DNA of 64,000 nt, taken from contig NC_092670.1 in NCBI RefSeq assembly GCF_964355755.1, forward strand, positions 33,282,388-33,346,387. The letters are read 5' to 3'. The stretch comes from Antedon mediterranea. Taxonomy: Eukaryota; Animalia; Echinodermata. Positions 15,301 through 26,089 of the stretch are shown one piece after another; position 1 is the stretch's first letter, and each line of letters opens with the position of its first letter. The notes beneath the pieces were generated by a model, which saw nothing but the letters and a program-made list of their open reading frames with translations, was not told the origin of the DNA and ran no database searches. Both the position numbers and the translations under genes were made by a program.

Positions 15301-16130
15301 AACACCAACTGAACAATACGTATGAACATTGGAAGCTGCGTATCATTTAACGACATGTTCAGTTCATCGCATTTTAAACTCAACTTGACAGCAGTCGCAC
15401 GCTTCGAGTTCAAGTGTGCATACGTCGAAAGTATTCGAATGTCCAATTGACAGCGATAAACTACCGGTTCTTGATAGTTCTCAATCTTTCCGCTTGCGTT
15501 ACGTTTGTCAAGACATACTGTTAAATCAGACACTTGAACAATTCTTCGCAAGACTAAATCTGGTAACGCTACGTCTACAAATTGTTGCTCCCAGTGTTGA
15601 TTTGCACCAAAAGATTCTAAAGACTTAATATTAATAGATAACACAATATCTCCTTCTGTGTACTTTAAAATGAGATTGTTGACGACAATTTGAACGTTAT
15701 TAATTATGCGATTCATCAACGACTGTACGTAACCAGGTGGCATTTCCTCGCTCCCATGTGACTGACGTTTGGGTGATTTGACTTCAGATACTGATTTTGA
15801 CTTTGACGTACTGCTAGATGTGTCACTGTCATGATCGGACAATTCAGAATCTCGTAACTTTAAGCTGATATCTATCGTGTTGATTGAAACTACCACTGGT
15901 TCTGAACCAAGTCGCGACCATGGCACATGAATACGCAGCTCATGGATGTGTCCACTGACAAATGTCAAAGGCAGGTTTAGCTCCTTTTCTAGGGTGTCCA
16001 AACGTAGATCTAGGTGGTTCAGTACCAGGTCGCCTCCCCATAGCGAGAGCTGCAGATCTTCTGGCTTCAGGTTCTTGATATATTTATTTATGTATCCCAG
16101 GAGAAATGGTGACACATATGATTCCAGCAT
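379..16130 (-). CDS. VPS13B: Vacuolar protein sorting 13B (Cohen syndrome protein homolog), 5' part; gene continues past the left edge
   Basis: N-terminus MLESYVSPFLLGYINKYIKNLKPEDLQLSLWGGDLVLNHLDL is the VPS13 chorein-N motif; GWMAWAWSYVP matches VPS13B. Phase-consistent GT-AG exons: 15206-16130, 13978-14171, 13146-13379, 11238-11472, 10582-10779, 9948-10108, 9333-9518, 8447-8574, 8143-8321, 7762-7896, 6820-6999, 6025-6195, 5116-5282, 4473-4704, 3727-3938, 3173-3527, 2503-2617, 1467-2201, 711-926, 379-493 (5073 nt, 1691 codons). Confidence 0.93.
1008..1459. mobile_element. MITE with ~30-bp TIRs (CATAGAACTT.../...AAGTTCTTTG) and an internal ~80-bp direct repeat; P-superfamily-like termini
   Basis: AGAACTTATAACACAAGAATCTCCTGTTC (1011-1039) is inverted at ~1428-1456; internal duplication ~1133-1210 vs ~1230-1305; no matching TSD on the left. 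Confidence 0.75.
2702..2845. mobile_element. Short (~135 bp) MITE family, TIR AAGCTCTGTCTACACTAT, copy 1
   Basis: Shared TIR and core (ATATGGTAGTGATATGACATCATCATGTCCATAT) with the copies at ~9167, ~10207, ~14530, ~48178 and ~54342. Confidence 0.75.
5529..5850 (+). mobile_element. tRNA-derived SINE with Deu/Nin-like central domain
   Basis: A box TGGCCGAGCGG, B box GGTTCGAGGC, then CGGATAAGGACTATAAACCGTAGGTCC...GCACTTTAAAGAACC...GAGTAGGGGGTTACCCCGGTGT, resembling the Deu domain; (TTCAA)n tail; second copy at ~34800. Confidence 0.8.
8750..8912. mobile_element. Small inverted-repeat element (MITE-like)
   Basis: GATATATAAGGG-ATTACTG...ACATGTTTCATGCTGCTG is inverted as CAGCAGCATGAAACATGT...CAGTAAGCCCTTATATATC. 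Confidence 0.55.
9167..9303. mobile_element. AAGCTCTGTCTACAC MITE, copy 2
   Basis: TAAAGCTCTGTCTAAACT...AGTGTAGACATAGCTTTA; TAA/TTA-like flanks. Confidence 0.75.
10207..10332. mobile_element. AAGCTCTGTCTACAC MITE, copy 3 (core in reverse orientation)
   Basis: TAAAGCTCTGTCTACACTAT...ATAGTGTAGACAGAGTTTTA. Confidence 0.75.
12713..12822. repeat. Long imperfect hairpin, probably the end of a non-autonomous DNA element
   Basis: AATATAAGATTAGACATCCC-TTGGGAATGATAT is inverted as ATATCATTCCCTCGGGATGTCTAATCTTATATT. Confidence 0.6.
14530..14642. mobile_element. AAGCTCTGTCTACAC MITE, copy 4 (degenerate)
   Basis: Core TGTGATGTGCACAAAT...ATATGGGCACATCA and right TIR TAGTCTACACAGAGCTTTA. Confidence 0.6.
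14783..15086. repeat. Intronic minisatellite, 38 bp x 8
   Basis: Unit TCTGAAGCAGATACTAGATGCAGGGGCTACCATA(A/G)GAG starts at 14783, 14821, 14859, 14897, 14935, 14973, 15011 and 15049. Confidence 0.97.
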
Positions 16131-16260
16131 CTTTATTTCCTATAGTATAATAAAAGAAAAATATTTCATCATACACTGTATGTCTCATTAAAAATCAAGT
16201 ATTAAAAAGGTCTCTAAACTGGAGCAGGCTATGATGTTAAAATAAGATAATCATCATGCA

Positions 16261-16530
16261 TGCCTGGCCTACTACTCCTACTAGGCCTAGGCCTAGTAAC
16301 TAGGCCTAGTAAGAGGCTACTTACTACTAACTAGGCCTACTGTACTACTAGCCTAGGCCAGGCTAGGCCCTCTAGGCTAGTAGTAGCCTAGCTAGGCCTA
16401 GGCCTAGAGTAGTAGGCTAGGCTAGGCCCTAGCTAGCCACTTTATTATTACGTAGGCTAGAGGCTATCTAGACTAGCATAGCCTAGGCTAGGCCTGGGCC
16501 TAGACTTAGTAGAGCTTAGGCCTAGGACTA
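16261..16530. repeat. TAGGCCTA/CTAG-rich low-complexity tract in the first intron of VPS13B
   Basis: Dense CTAGGCCTAG / TAGGCTAG motifs. Confidence 0.85.
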
Positions 16531-16545
16531 ACTAAAAAATGTACC

Positions 16546-16714
16546 TTTTGTAAACCAGAGTCGGTTTCATGTCGACTTTTAAACAATTACTGCCCAGATT
16601 CCACGTCTACTTTAATTTCACAGTACTAAAACTCCCTGTCCATGATTTATCTGATGTTTTGATTATGAGCGCCCTCAGCGTTTCATTACTTTTTTTTCAC
16701 TCCTCCGCCCGCGC
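16546..16714 (-). promoter_or_regulatory. Putative non-coding first exon and GC-box promoter of VPS13B
   Basis: Minus-strand donor AAAAG|GTACAT at ~16545; acceptor TATAG just upstream of the ATG (~16140); GC box CTCCGCCC at 16703-16710. Confidence 0.5.
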
Positions 16715-17957
16715 GCGATTTTTTTTTTCGTACATAAGTTGGGGACCCCATCATGAAACGTCACAAAATAAACATGAATAATTCATCAGTTAAATTTTCT
16801 TGTTCCGTGTGCACCCAAGCGTATAGCAACAAGAAGTGATTACACAAGTGCGGTACGATTCTCTAGGCCTATCTCCGCTGTTGTTGCGGCGTGCGATTTC
16901 ATAATAGAATAGCGGAGTTTTGTGTGGATTGTCGAAATAATCAGCCTTTAGTTTATGGTGTTTTTAATATAGTTTATTACTAAAGAATTACGTGTTAAAA
17001 TTATAGTTTCTATTGATACTATTAGGCCTAATTACTAGTCTCTAAACCCCTGTATATTCTAGTAGTAGCTGTGTGGGTACGGTGTGTGTGACTTGTGTCT
17101 TTGGGCTATGTCCAATTACTACTTAGTTTAATGTTTTGCCTAGCTGTTGATTAGCCTCGACACATTTTGCATAGTGGACGTGTGTGTGAAGAATAGAGTG
17201 CGCGAAGGCAATCACGTGAATTGACCTAGAATCCTAGGCCTATTATTGTAGAAAGAATCGTATCGCAGTTGTTGTTCCGTGTGCACCCAAGTGTTCTTGG
17301 ACATAGCCCAAAGAAAGCTTAGACCCACAAGAATAAAGAGTGTGTATAATTTGTGTACTGTATTTTTTTAATTCTGCTATCAATTATCAAACAATATGCA
17401 ATGTACTCAAAGGAACTTTAAAAATGCGCGTATATGAACACATGAGATGGGAAGATTTGACCCACGAGAATAAAAAATGTATTGTTGTGTAATGTTTATT
17501 GTTTAATTGTGCTGACTTATTACTCGGATTGTGTCATACCAAAGATAGTGTAACTATTACCAAAGATAGTGTAACTATCTTTGGTCATACCTAACACACA
17601 CACACGTCACACACATCCACACAGCTACTACTATACTAGAATAGACATGGGTTTAGAGACTAATAATTAGGCCTAATAGTATTAATAGAAACTATAATTT
17701 TAACATGTAATTCTTTAGTAATAAATTATATTAAAAACACCATAAACTAAAGGCCGATTATTTCGACAATCCACACAAAACGCTATTCTTCAACAGCGGA
17801 GATAGGCCTAGAATCGTACCGCACTTGTGTAATCACTTCTTGTTGCTATACGCTTGGGTGCACACGGAACAAGAAAATTTAACTGATGAATTATTCATGT
17901 TGATTTTGTGACGTTTCATGAGGGGGTCCCCAACTTATGTACGAAAAAAAAAATCGC
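16715..17957. mobile_element. Non-autonomous foldback/MULE-like transposon with ~370-bp TIRs and a 9-bp TSD
   Basis: 16715-~17090 is the near-perfect reverse complement of ~17592-17957; CGCCCGCGC is duplicated at 16706-16714 and 17958-17966. Confidence 0.9.
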
Positions 17958-18454
17958 CGCCCGCGCCGCCAACAAGAGTCAAATTAACGTAATATTTTAA
18001 CAAATGTTCCAACTTTTACTGTGGCTCCGGTATCAACCAGCCATAAATCAATACCAAACGTGATCGATTAAGCCTACTTTCCATAACGGATTATAAAAAT
18101 GAGACAATTGAAGTGTAACGCAAAAATAATAAATCGTTGCAGAGATTGTAATACCCTGAAGTAAATTACCACACCAATTACACACATTTTTACAATAATT
18201 AATTTAGAGCTGTACTTTTGTACAAGACGGCATCAGATGATCTAGGCCTGCTATGTTTTAATACTAGTGTTGGTCTCTGAGTCTATATTATACAACACGG
18301 TAGGCTACTGATAGATAGATAAAGATATAACATCGATATTAATATTGATTTATGTCATCGTGTACGATATCTCATTTCCTTCGTTTTTAATTTGTAATTA
18401 TTGGTCAGCTACTTACAGGTTGTTTGATTAATGTATAGAAATGTCTCACAATCT

Positions 18455-18700
18455 GGAGTGGAGCTGTGGCTTGGTGGTTATGATGCTTGGCTACCAATCT
18501 AAGGGTCCTGGGTTCAAGTCCTGTCATGTCAGGGTTTTTTTTCTCATGACAATTTACAACTCCACTCCCAAAGACTTAATAATAAGTCTTTGTTTATGTA
18601 GAGCATCTTGTGTATATGTTTGTCTTGTGAAATTATTAAATAGTTTATCCATCCTGTAATTGGCGGGTTACTCGCTGTTGGATGAGTATGAAATAAAAAA
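18455..18700 (+). mobile_element. tRNA-derived SINE, family 2, copy 1
   Basis: A box TGGCTTGGTGG, B box GGTTCAAGTCC; body ACAACTCCACTCCCAAAG...TTTATGTAGAGCATCTTGTGT shared with the copy at 49134. Confidence 0.75.
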
Positions 18701-19839
18701 AAATATATATATAATAATATGCGACAATAGTACAGCATGTGCATTACATTCAGTTACAACCACAACACCTGTTACGCATGTATATTGGCGACAATTTGTT
18801 TGAATTTCAGTACTGTACTGGTAATATACTAGAAGACAGCAATTAGCAGAAAACTCCTAAGTTTCATCAGAACAGACAAATATAGAAAATATGTTGTTCC
18901 TTGATAAAGCACTAGGCCTACACTCCATTCAAATCGGCCTCTTTCCAACTTCTTATCCCGTTCCCTTCATCATGAATATACTTCAATTTTTGCGTGTTAT
19001 GTTCCTTAACAATGTTACGAAACGGCATATATAAAGTAAAGGGTATCCTCCCCCTTTTTTTAAATTTAAAATCATGTAACAAAAGGATAGATAACGATAC
19101 AAAATGTCATAAAAGTATGCATTGTCAAGCAATAAATATAATGATGATAGTTGATACAATTGATTTTTAACAAAATAGACGTACTTATCCAACTCGGGTA
19201 TAAATACATTCACAAGAAGGTGTTAATTTATCTTAATTAACATATTCTTCTACACAATTCTGAAGTTGGCAAATTGATGTTGATAAAGATACAAAATGCA
19301 TTGTCAAAATTTCATAGACATTATTATTTATACATTATATATTATACAGTGTCAAGTAATAAATTGATTTTTACCAAATATTATCCAACGTTGGTAAAAA
19401 TCATGATACAAATACATTCACATGTGTTAATTTATCATAATTAACATATTCTTCAGCAAAAAAATCGTTGGCATCATCCCTTGATCAATCAAATGATTAT
19501 TTATTTTTTAGATAATGACTATAAGCCTGAAGCCAACTTTATCAAGGGCTCTATCTAAAGAGTGAAGTTAGTCTTACGCCCTTGAATTCTTCAATAAAGA
19601 ACGCGAGACTATAAGATCTTAATATTGTTATCCAAATTAATTCAAATATTTACTAATTGATCTGTACACTTAAGTCGTTTGTGAAAACAGATTTGCGATC
19701 CCTGTACAACCTACTTGACAGTCTCAATAAGGTCTTCCTTGGCATCTATAACTCAACGACAACAAACATTCTGTATATAATCGCATTTTTGGTTATATTT
19801 TTGTAGGTTTATTTTTAATTTACTCGTTAATTACATGTG

Positions 19840-20066
19840 GTTGTCCACGCAACGTATGTTTACTGCACTACATTATTTTGTTGAAATAGATTTTTTCTTA
19901 TTATTGTTATGTTAAAGATCTGAGAGGAAATGAACTTCTCCCCTGCATAGCAACCAGACACGGTGACGAAGAATTGATTGTAGATTTGTAAGAAAGAACC
20001 ATAGATTGCTGTCAGGCAGACAATAAACACACTAGATACAGTTAATTTAATTGCCAAACGTCTCAG
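19840..20066 (+). promoter_or_regulatory. Putative RFX X-box and 5'UTR exon of LRRC51
   Basis: GTTGTCCACGCAAC at 19840-19853; strong donor CAG|GTAAGT at 20066/67; acceptor TTTTCCACCAG five bases before the ATG at 21707. Confidence 0.5.
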
Positions 20067-21706
20067 GTAAGTTTCATTTTAGGTTTTTTTTTTTCAAGTT
20101 AGGCCTACATTGAAAATTATTTTTTATTGGCTTTAACAGTTTTGTCCTTTGTAGTCTAAATATAACATACACTTGTCATGCTATTGTAGGCCTAACCCTT
20201 AATATTTGGAACAATGATTAGTGACTATCAATCAAATAGGTTTTCCATCATTATAATGTATGGGGAGATAAAATTGTGTAGGCCTAAATAGGGTAATTAA
20301 TAATCAAATATGCCTACATTTCCTATGTATCAAAATACAGTATCGTTATTAGACGATAATTTGCTAGAGCTCTAAATAAATCCACTTTTCCGATTGCATT
20401 TGAATACATTAGCAAGTGAAATTCCTGCGTCCGTTTTCGAGTGACGTCAGTTCTCGAGGAATAGGCTCCTCGTGCAAGTCTATGCGTGACACACTTTTTT
20501 TGTTTTATCATTGTAACTTGTCTACCGGTATGATTATTTAATATCTTTAGTTGTTAACTGTAATCAAACCGCTATTTAGGTCTACTGGAGCCCGCTGAAA
20601 AACGTATTGTAACTTTTATTGGTCTTTTCAGAATAAATAGGAAGAAATACAATATTATAATTACCCTAATTGTGCAATCGAGACCATTAGGCCTACCTTA
20701 TTGCATGCACAATAACAATTTTTATATTGTTCAATTATAATCTAATATAATCAGTCGAATATTCCTATCTTATTCAATGTTATTTAATTCTTGTTCCATA
20801 CCTTTTTCATTTCATCTAATTTTAGGATGAAATGGTTTCTATTTTTATAGAAATTTAAATAAAAACAGAAATAATTGCGTTTTGGTGTTACCATATTAAT
20901 TTAGAAAACATGATTATGATGATGATCAGTTATCTGTGTCATGAAGCAACAATGTCAATTGGTAATTGAAACATCAATACAACGTGTAATTCAGTCTAAG
21001 TAATGATAACCAAAGAATGCCCTTACCCAATGGTCAGTTAACTCTCTCTTCTCTAGCAATCCTTGAGTATTGCGAGAAATAATATGTTATGTGCATTTAA
21101 AGTAATGATCTTTTAAAACCTTGTAAAATAAAAATAACTCAATGAAATAGTTAATTAATATTAATAATTATAATAAATGTATGGATTTGTGTGTATGGAT
21201 ACATGATGTACAGTTTCATTATACATGCGGACTTTTACAGTACAGTTATTTATATTAAATTTTGTAGATGCCTATTTTTTACACTTCTATAATTTCTCTT
21301 GAAACATTAAAAATGAAAAAAAATATTATGATTAATGTCAATAAATAAGTAAAGGATTATAATTCTAAATTAATCATGTACAATAATTTTATTATGCATC
21401 ATATACATGGTATTATTGAATAAAATTGAAAAAAAGTGGTGCATGCCACAAAAAGAAAAAACTAAATGATGTGCCCTATAATGTTTCAAAACTTCAAAAC
21501 AAAACATGAAATATTTAAATAACTGTTAATATGAATGTAGGCTACTGCATCATGTCATTGTGACATGTTCTTTAATGCTGTTGTGTCGTGTGGCAAAAGA
21601 AGCGCAAGGTTCGAATGAATTGGTTGATTATTGTTTTTATTTATTTATATAATTTATTTTTTAAAAAAAACATAAATAAATGTTATAACTTTTTCCACCA
21701 GGAGTA

Positions 21707-22321
21707 ATGGAGTCGAAACATGAACCAAATAAAACCTTCAAATCTAACTTAAAGAATTCTGTGTTCGTGGCAGCACCAATTGACTACTCATTTAAAAGTT
21801 TGAATGCAATTAGCACCGAAATTCTTAATGTCGAATACCCAAGAGATGGAGTGAAAAAACTTAAACGGGACAAAGACGGAAGATATCACAGTGCAACTAT
21901 GAAACTGAATAACAATTTACTCGCAAATTGGGACGGATTAGATGCGTTTGTTTCCCGTGCGATGCACCAGCCAGAGGCACTGATGTGGCTTGATCTGTCG
22001 TTTAACTACCTTAGCTCTGTTGATGGAGTTGTACTCGTGTTTAAAAACTTAAATATTTTGTATTTGCACGGTAACAGTATTGAAAATCTGGACGAAATTG
22101 ACAAGTTGACTCATCTGACAAATCTGCGAAGTTTGACGTTGCATGGAAACCCTATCGAAATCGAGACTGGATATAAACAATATGTTGTATCAACATTACC
22201 ACATATTTCTATTTTAGATTTCAGTACTATTATTCGGTCAGACAGAGTAACGGCTCGCTATATCAGAGGTTTTAAACATACAAAGAAAACTGGTAAAAGA
22301 AAACACAACACTACATTATAA
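21707..22321 (+). CDS. LRRC51: Leucine-rich repeat-containing protein 51 (intronless CDS, 204 aa)
   Basis: APIDYSFKSL...KLNNNLL...LMWLDLSFNYL...LNILYLHGNSI...LRSLTLHGNPIE...Y KQYVVSTLPH...LDFS match the LRRC51 signature and LRRcap. Confidence 0.9.
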   Translation: MESKHEPNKTFKSNLKNSVFVAAPIDYSFKSLNAISTEILNVEYPRDGVKKLKRDKDGRYHSATMKLNNNLLANWDGLDAFVSRAMHQPEALMWLDLSFNYLSSVDGVVLVFKNLNILYLHGNSIENLDEIDKLTHLTNLRSLTLHGNPIEIETGYKQYVVSTLPHISILDFSTIIRSDRVTARYIRGFKHTKKTGKRKHNTTL

Positions 22322-22451
22322 GTCTACGTCGTGTATAAAAACCAAAAGTAATATCGAAATAGTACCATGAAGGTATCATTGGAAAAAATATTCAGTTCAC
22401 CTTTGTAAATTCATTTTATTTTCTTTATTTAAGTTACTTTTGTATCCTTTT

Positions 22452-22804
22452 AAACAAGGCCATATAGATGACTGCAGTCGCGTGGTCAAGTTAGTGTTTA
22501 CCGACCGACCAACCGACCGACCAACCTACTAACTGACCGAAATTGCTGAACATGTTTAAAAATGTTTCTTTAGACGTGCTCGTATAACGTAATTCCGAGT
22601 TGAAAAGTTATAAGTCAAGAAAACATAACCATATCGATTCCTGGCCATAAGGAATATACTGTGAAAAATTGACTTAGCTAGATTAAACGGATATCAAGAT
22701 AAGGTCATATACAAGTTAGTTTTTACCGACCGACCGACGAACCGACCAACCAACCAACCGACCGACATAGTGAGCTGTAGAGTCGCGTTGCACGCGACTA
22801 AAAA
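22452..22804 (+). mobile_element. Helentron-associated (HINE/DINE-like) element
   Basis: Two (ACCG/ACCA)n microsatellite blocks and a terminal stem-loop TAGAGTCGCGTTGCACGCGACTAAAAA. Confidence 0.6.
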
Positions 22805-23463
22805 GCATTAATCAGCCTAAAACATGTGGTAAAAGAGAGCTTTTAGTTCGTTTGTTATACAAATGTTTGAAAATTTGCGGGGTATCAAAATGACCAGAAT
22901 TGTAGGCCTACATTTGAAAACTGCCCTGTGATGGTTATCTTTCCTTGTATGATACCATTCGGAAAAAATACCACTTTTAAGAATTCATATGTTATCAATG
23001 ATGACTGTTCTTAGATTTGGAGACAATGACACAGTACACCAATGCATGAAGGCCAAGGAGCGATTTTTGTCTTATCTATGATGTCAATAACGTTAAATGG
23101 TGTTCAAATTTCCGGATCGGTTACGGACGAAAGTTTATACTGGTAGTAGCGGATACTATATATACGTAAGCTTACATTTTTTGGGGATATTTTGCAATCA
23201 GACTCTTGAGTTTCCGTACTTCACATCACGTAAATTTGCTGTAGTTAAATATCGAATCCTAAGGTAAGTTTTCTTGATTTTCACTTCCATAAAATTAAAA
23301 AACGACATGAAAACGTCTTTAACCTTGAACGTACGCTGCTACATTTTTCAGAAAGTGAGTGTGCTCCCATTGAGACCCTCCAAAGTCGAATTCTACGTGC
23401 AGTCCGGTAATAATTTGACAAAATAAGGTAATTCGTATATATTATTCTTTTATCTTGATTTAG

Positions 23464-24291
23464 ATGGCGGATAAAAAGCAAGTACGTGTGATGCTGTGGT
23501 GCGTACCACGCTCAGGTTCAACGGCGTTCATTCGCTGCATGTCCAATCGAGATGATGTCAAAGCATTTCGTGAAATGTTCGTAGCATGTTCTTTCTTTGG
23601 ACCAGATTCAAAAAGTTGTATTGCTGATCAACTAAACGCTCAAGTAGAAGACGACTTTACTTATCAGAAAGTTCAAAGGAAGCTGGAAGCTGAATACGAC
23701 GCACCAATTATTTTCGCAAAAGACGGAGCTGCATCAATCTATGGTAACTACGAAGCATTGCCGAAAGGATACACGCACACGTTCCTGATTAAAAGTCCAC
23801 ACAAAATTCATATGTCTAAAAATGCAATATTCGAAAATGCGAAAAAGTGCTTTGGAAATGAAGGTGCAATTTACAAAGACTCTAATAAAAACAACATTTC
23901 TGGGTCACCTTTCTATGAGATGCTAGAGCTTGTAAAGTATGTCCGTGATGTGCTTAAACAAGAGGTCATCCTCCTCGACGGTGATGATCTAATAACCAAT
24001 CCTGAAGCTATGATGAAGAAATGGTGCGAGGCTGTTGGTGTTCCATTTAAACCAGATATGATGAAGTGGGAAAAAGACGGTGAGATTAAGTGGGAAATGT
24101 CTGAAGGACACAAAATGTTTATGAACATTTTCCCAGAAGCTTCAAAGAATGCGTTTAACAGTACTGGTTTTAGTACTCGAGTTGCCACTGATCATAGTAA
24201 AACAGATGTCCCAGAAGACGTAAGAAAGTGTATTGAAGATTCTGAACCTTATTATAAAGAGTTGTATAAAATGAGGATTAGCCTAGATTAG
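23464..24291 (+). CDS. Sulfotransferase-like protein (Sulfotransfer_5 / BCAT-like N-terminal P-loop family), copy 1, 275 aa
   Basis: PAPS-binding-loop-like LWCVPRSGSTAF, FAKD, HTFLIKSP, LDGDDL..NPEAMMKKWCEAVGVPFKPDMMKW, A..STGF; acceptor TAG directly before the ATG; upstream donor AAG|GTAAGT at ~23263. Confidence 0.85.
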   Translation: MADKKQVRVMLWCVPRSGSTAFIRCMSNRDDVKAFREMFVACSFFGPDSKSCIADQLNAQVEDDFTYQKVQRKLEAEYDAPIIFAKDGAASIYGNYEALPKGYTHTFLIKSPHKIHMSKNAIFENAKKCFGNEGAIYKDSNKNNISGSPFYEMLELVKYVRDVLKQEVILLDGDDLITNPEAMMKKWCEAVGVPFKPDMMKWEKDGEIKWEMSEGHKMFMNIFPEASKNAFNSTGFSTRVATDHSKTDVPEDVRKCIEDSEPYYKELYKMRISLD

Positions 24292-24796
24292 AAATGTGTC
24301 TCTAAAGATATAAAATTGTGAATAAAATCTTCAGTTAGTTTATAATAATACAGTAGGAAAATCATCCTGCTGTACAAGAAAAAGTAATGAACTTATGATT
24401 CTGTTTACACCGAAGCACTTTTTGTGCGTTAGAGGCATTAGCTTTTCATACAGAATAAATTATAACTCAAAATATAAATTAATTCAAAAGCCTCGCTAGA
24501 ACGTATCAAATTGATAATTGTTGATACATAATTTTAAAATGATATATTTTGTATTTGTATTGTATCTCGCTTTCAAGGAAAGACGAGTTAGGTTTTTTAA
24601 AGAGAAGTATGATGTTTGATGTAAATAAATAAAGTTAACTAATAAGTTCATAATAAATTCATCGTCATCTTCATGAATCATTGTTTTTGTACATTGTGTT
24701 TTAAATTTGATGTAAGTGTAACTGTCAAAGGTCAAATAGTTGCATTAACTACAGGCAATTTGTGGATTGACTCAAAACAAATTGCAATAGTTTCAA

Positions 24797-25050
24797 AACT
24801 TTTCCTGATTTTAATCGTATCCTATTCATTATCACTGTGCGCAAGTACAACCAAAATGGGTATAGTATAGCGCATAATGCTAAACTTGTCACTGATTTTA
24901 ATCGTATCCTATTAATTATCAGTGTGCGCAAGTACAACCAAAATGGGTATAGTATAGCGCATAATGCTAAACTTGTCACTGATTTTAATCGTATGATATT
25001 CATTATCACTGTGTGCAAGTACAACCAAATATGGGTATAGTAGCACACAG
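24797..25050. repeat. Tandem repeat, 87 bp x ~3
   Basis: GCAAGTACAACCAAA recurs at 24841, 24928 and 25015. Confidence 0.9.
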
Positions 25051-25302
25051 TGTTAAAGCTTGGTTCCCACTAGCGACGCAACGCAACGCAACCGACGTAA
25101 CCAACATAAGGACATGCCCTTCCAATAATTGTGTTTGCCACCGCCTGCGTGAAATCAAACCTGCTTGTTGCGCGTCAACGTTAGGTGCCGTAGACAACCT
25201 CTTCAACATATTAACAAGAGATGAACGGCCAATAAATGTTTCTGTGTAATAGTATACAAATAATGAATGTTTATGAGTGTAATGGTACAGATAATGACAT
25301 GA

Positions 25303-25370
25303 GGTGAATGATGAAAGGTTATATTTCAACAAGGCGAAGCCGAGTTGACATATAACCTTTAATCATTCAC
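25303..25370. repeat. GGCGAAGCC-capped hairpin, typical of non-autonomous transposon ends
   Basis: GTGAATGATGAAAGGTTATATTTCAAC-AAGGCGAAGCCGA-GTTGACATATAACCTTTAATCATTCAC. Confidence 0.6.
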
Positions 25371-26089
25371 TAATTATTGCACGCCATTCCAGACGCAGCT
25401 GCTGAAAGGATATACAGTATATATAATATAAAGGGAAACACAAACAGTTTTCCGCTATGCCCGCAAATCAGATCTGTCTTGAATTCAACATCCATCGGAT
25501 ATGGTCATGAGCTATTATAACCAGTTGGTAAACTAAATATACATGACTTATAAAATAACACAAACAAAAAACCTCTGGATCAAAGGCTATTTTAATATCG
25601 AGTTACCACAGTAAGGAAGGAAAAATGTGTTTGTACTGTATGCTAATCATTAATTTAAATAATACTAATATTTAATATTTGCATATCTACGGCCGTTTTC
25701 AAAACTCAATGTTCTAGCAATATTGTTTTTTAAACGAATTCATATATAGTAGTGGACTTACTGTTGTTGGTAGGCCTACTTCAAATGTTATTGTATAATT
25801 ATTTTTAATTTGCACACTATAAAAGTCTATGATAGGTGTTATGTGTTAAAAAATTTTTTTAATCTTGTGCGTATCAATGAATTTAAAACATAGGAAAAGT
25901 GTTTTAACTCTTGCATATACTTTGCGTTTGTAAAGTTTTCTCAGTTGAAATCTGTGTTTTTTAAAGGAGGACTCTCTCCCGTCGAAGACGGGTATGCCTT
26001 CTAATACTAGTTTTCTATCAAACTTAAAGATATATTGTCCTCTTGAAAATAATTCTTAAACATTATGTTGTTGAATATGTCATTTTTAT

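Noticed and set aside
18460-18530. tRNA gene
   Set aside because: It is the head of a SINE with a second copy at 49134; the acceptor stem is poor.
23913-24188. Conserved 91-aa antisense ORF present in all three sulfotransferase copies
   Set aside because: Explained by near-identity of the sense-strand DNA in this segment; no independent evidence of coding.
23464-24291. Branched-chain amino acid aminotransferase annotation
   Set aside because: No PLP-dependent class IV domain is present; only the sulfotransferase-like P-loop domain is encoded.
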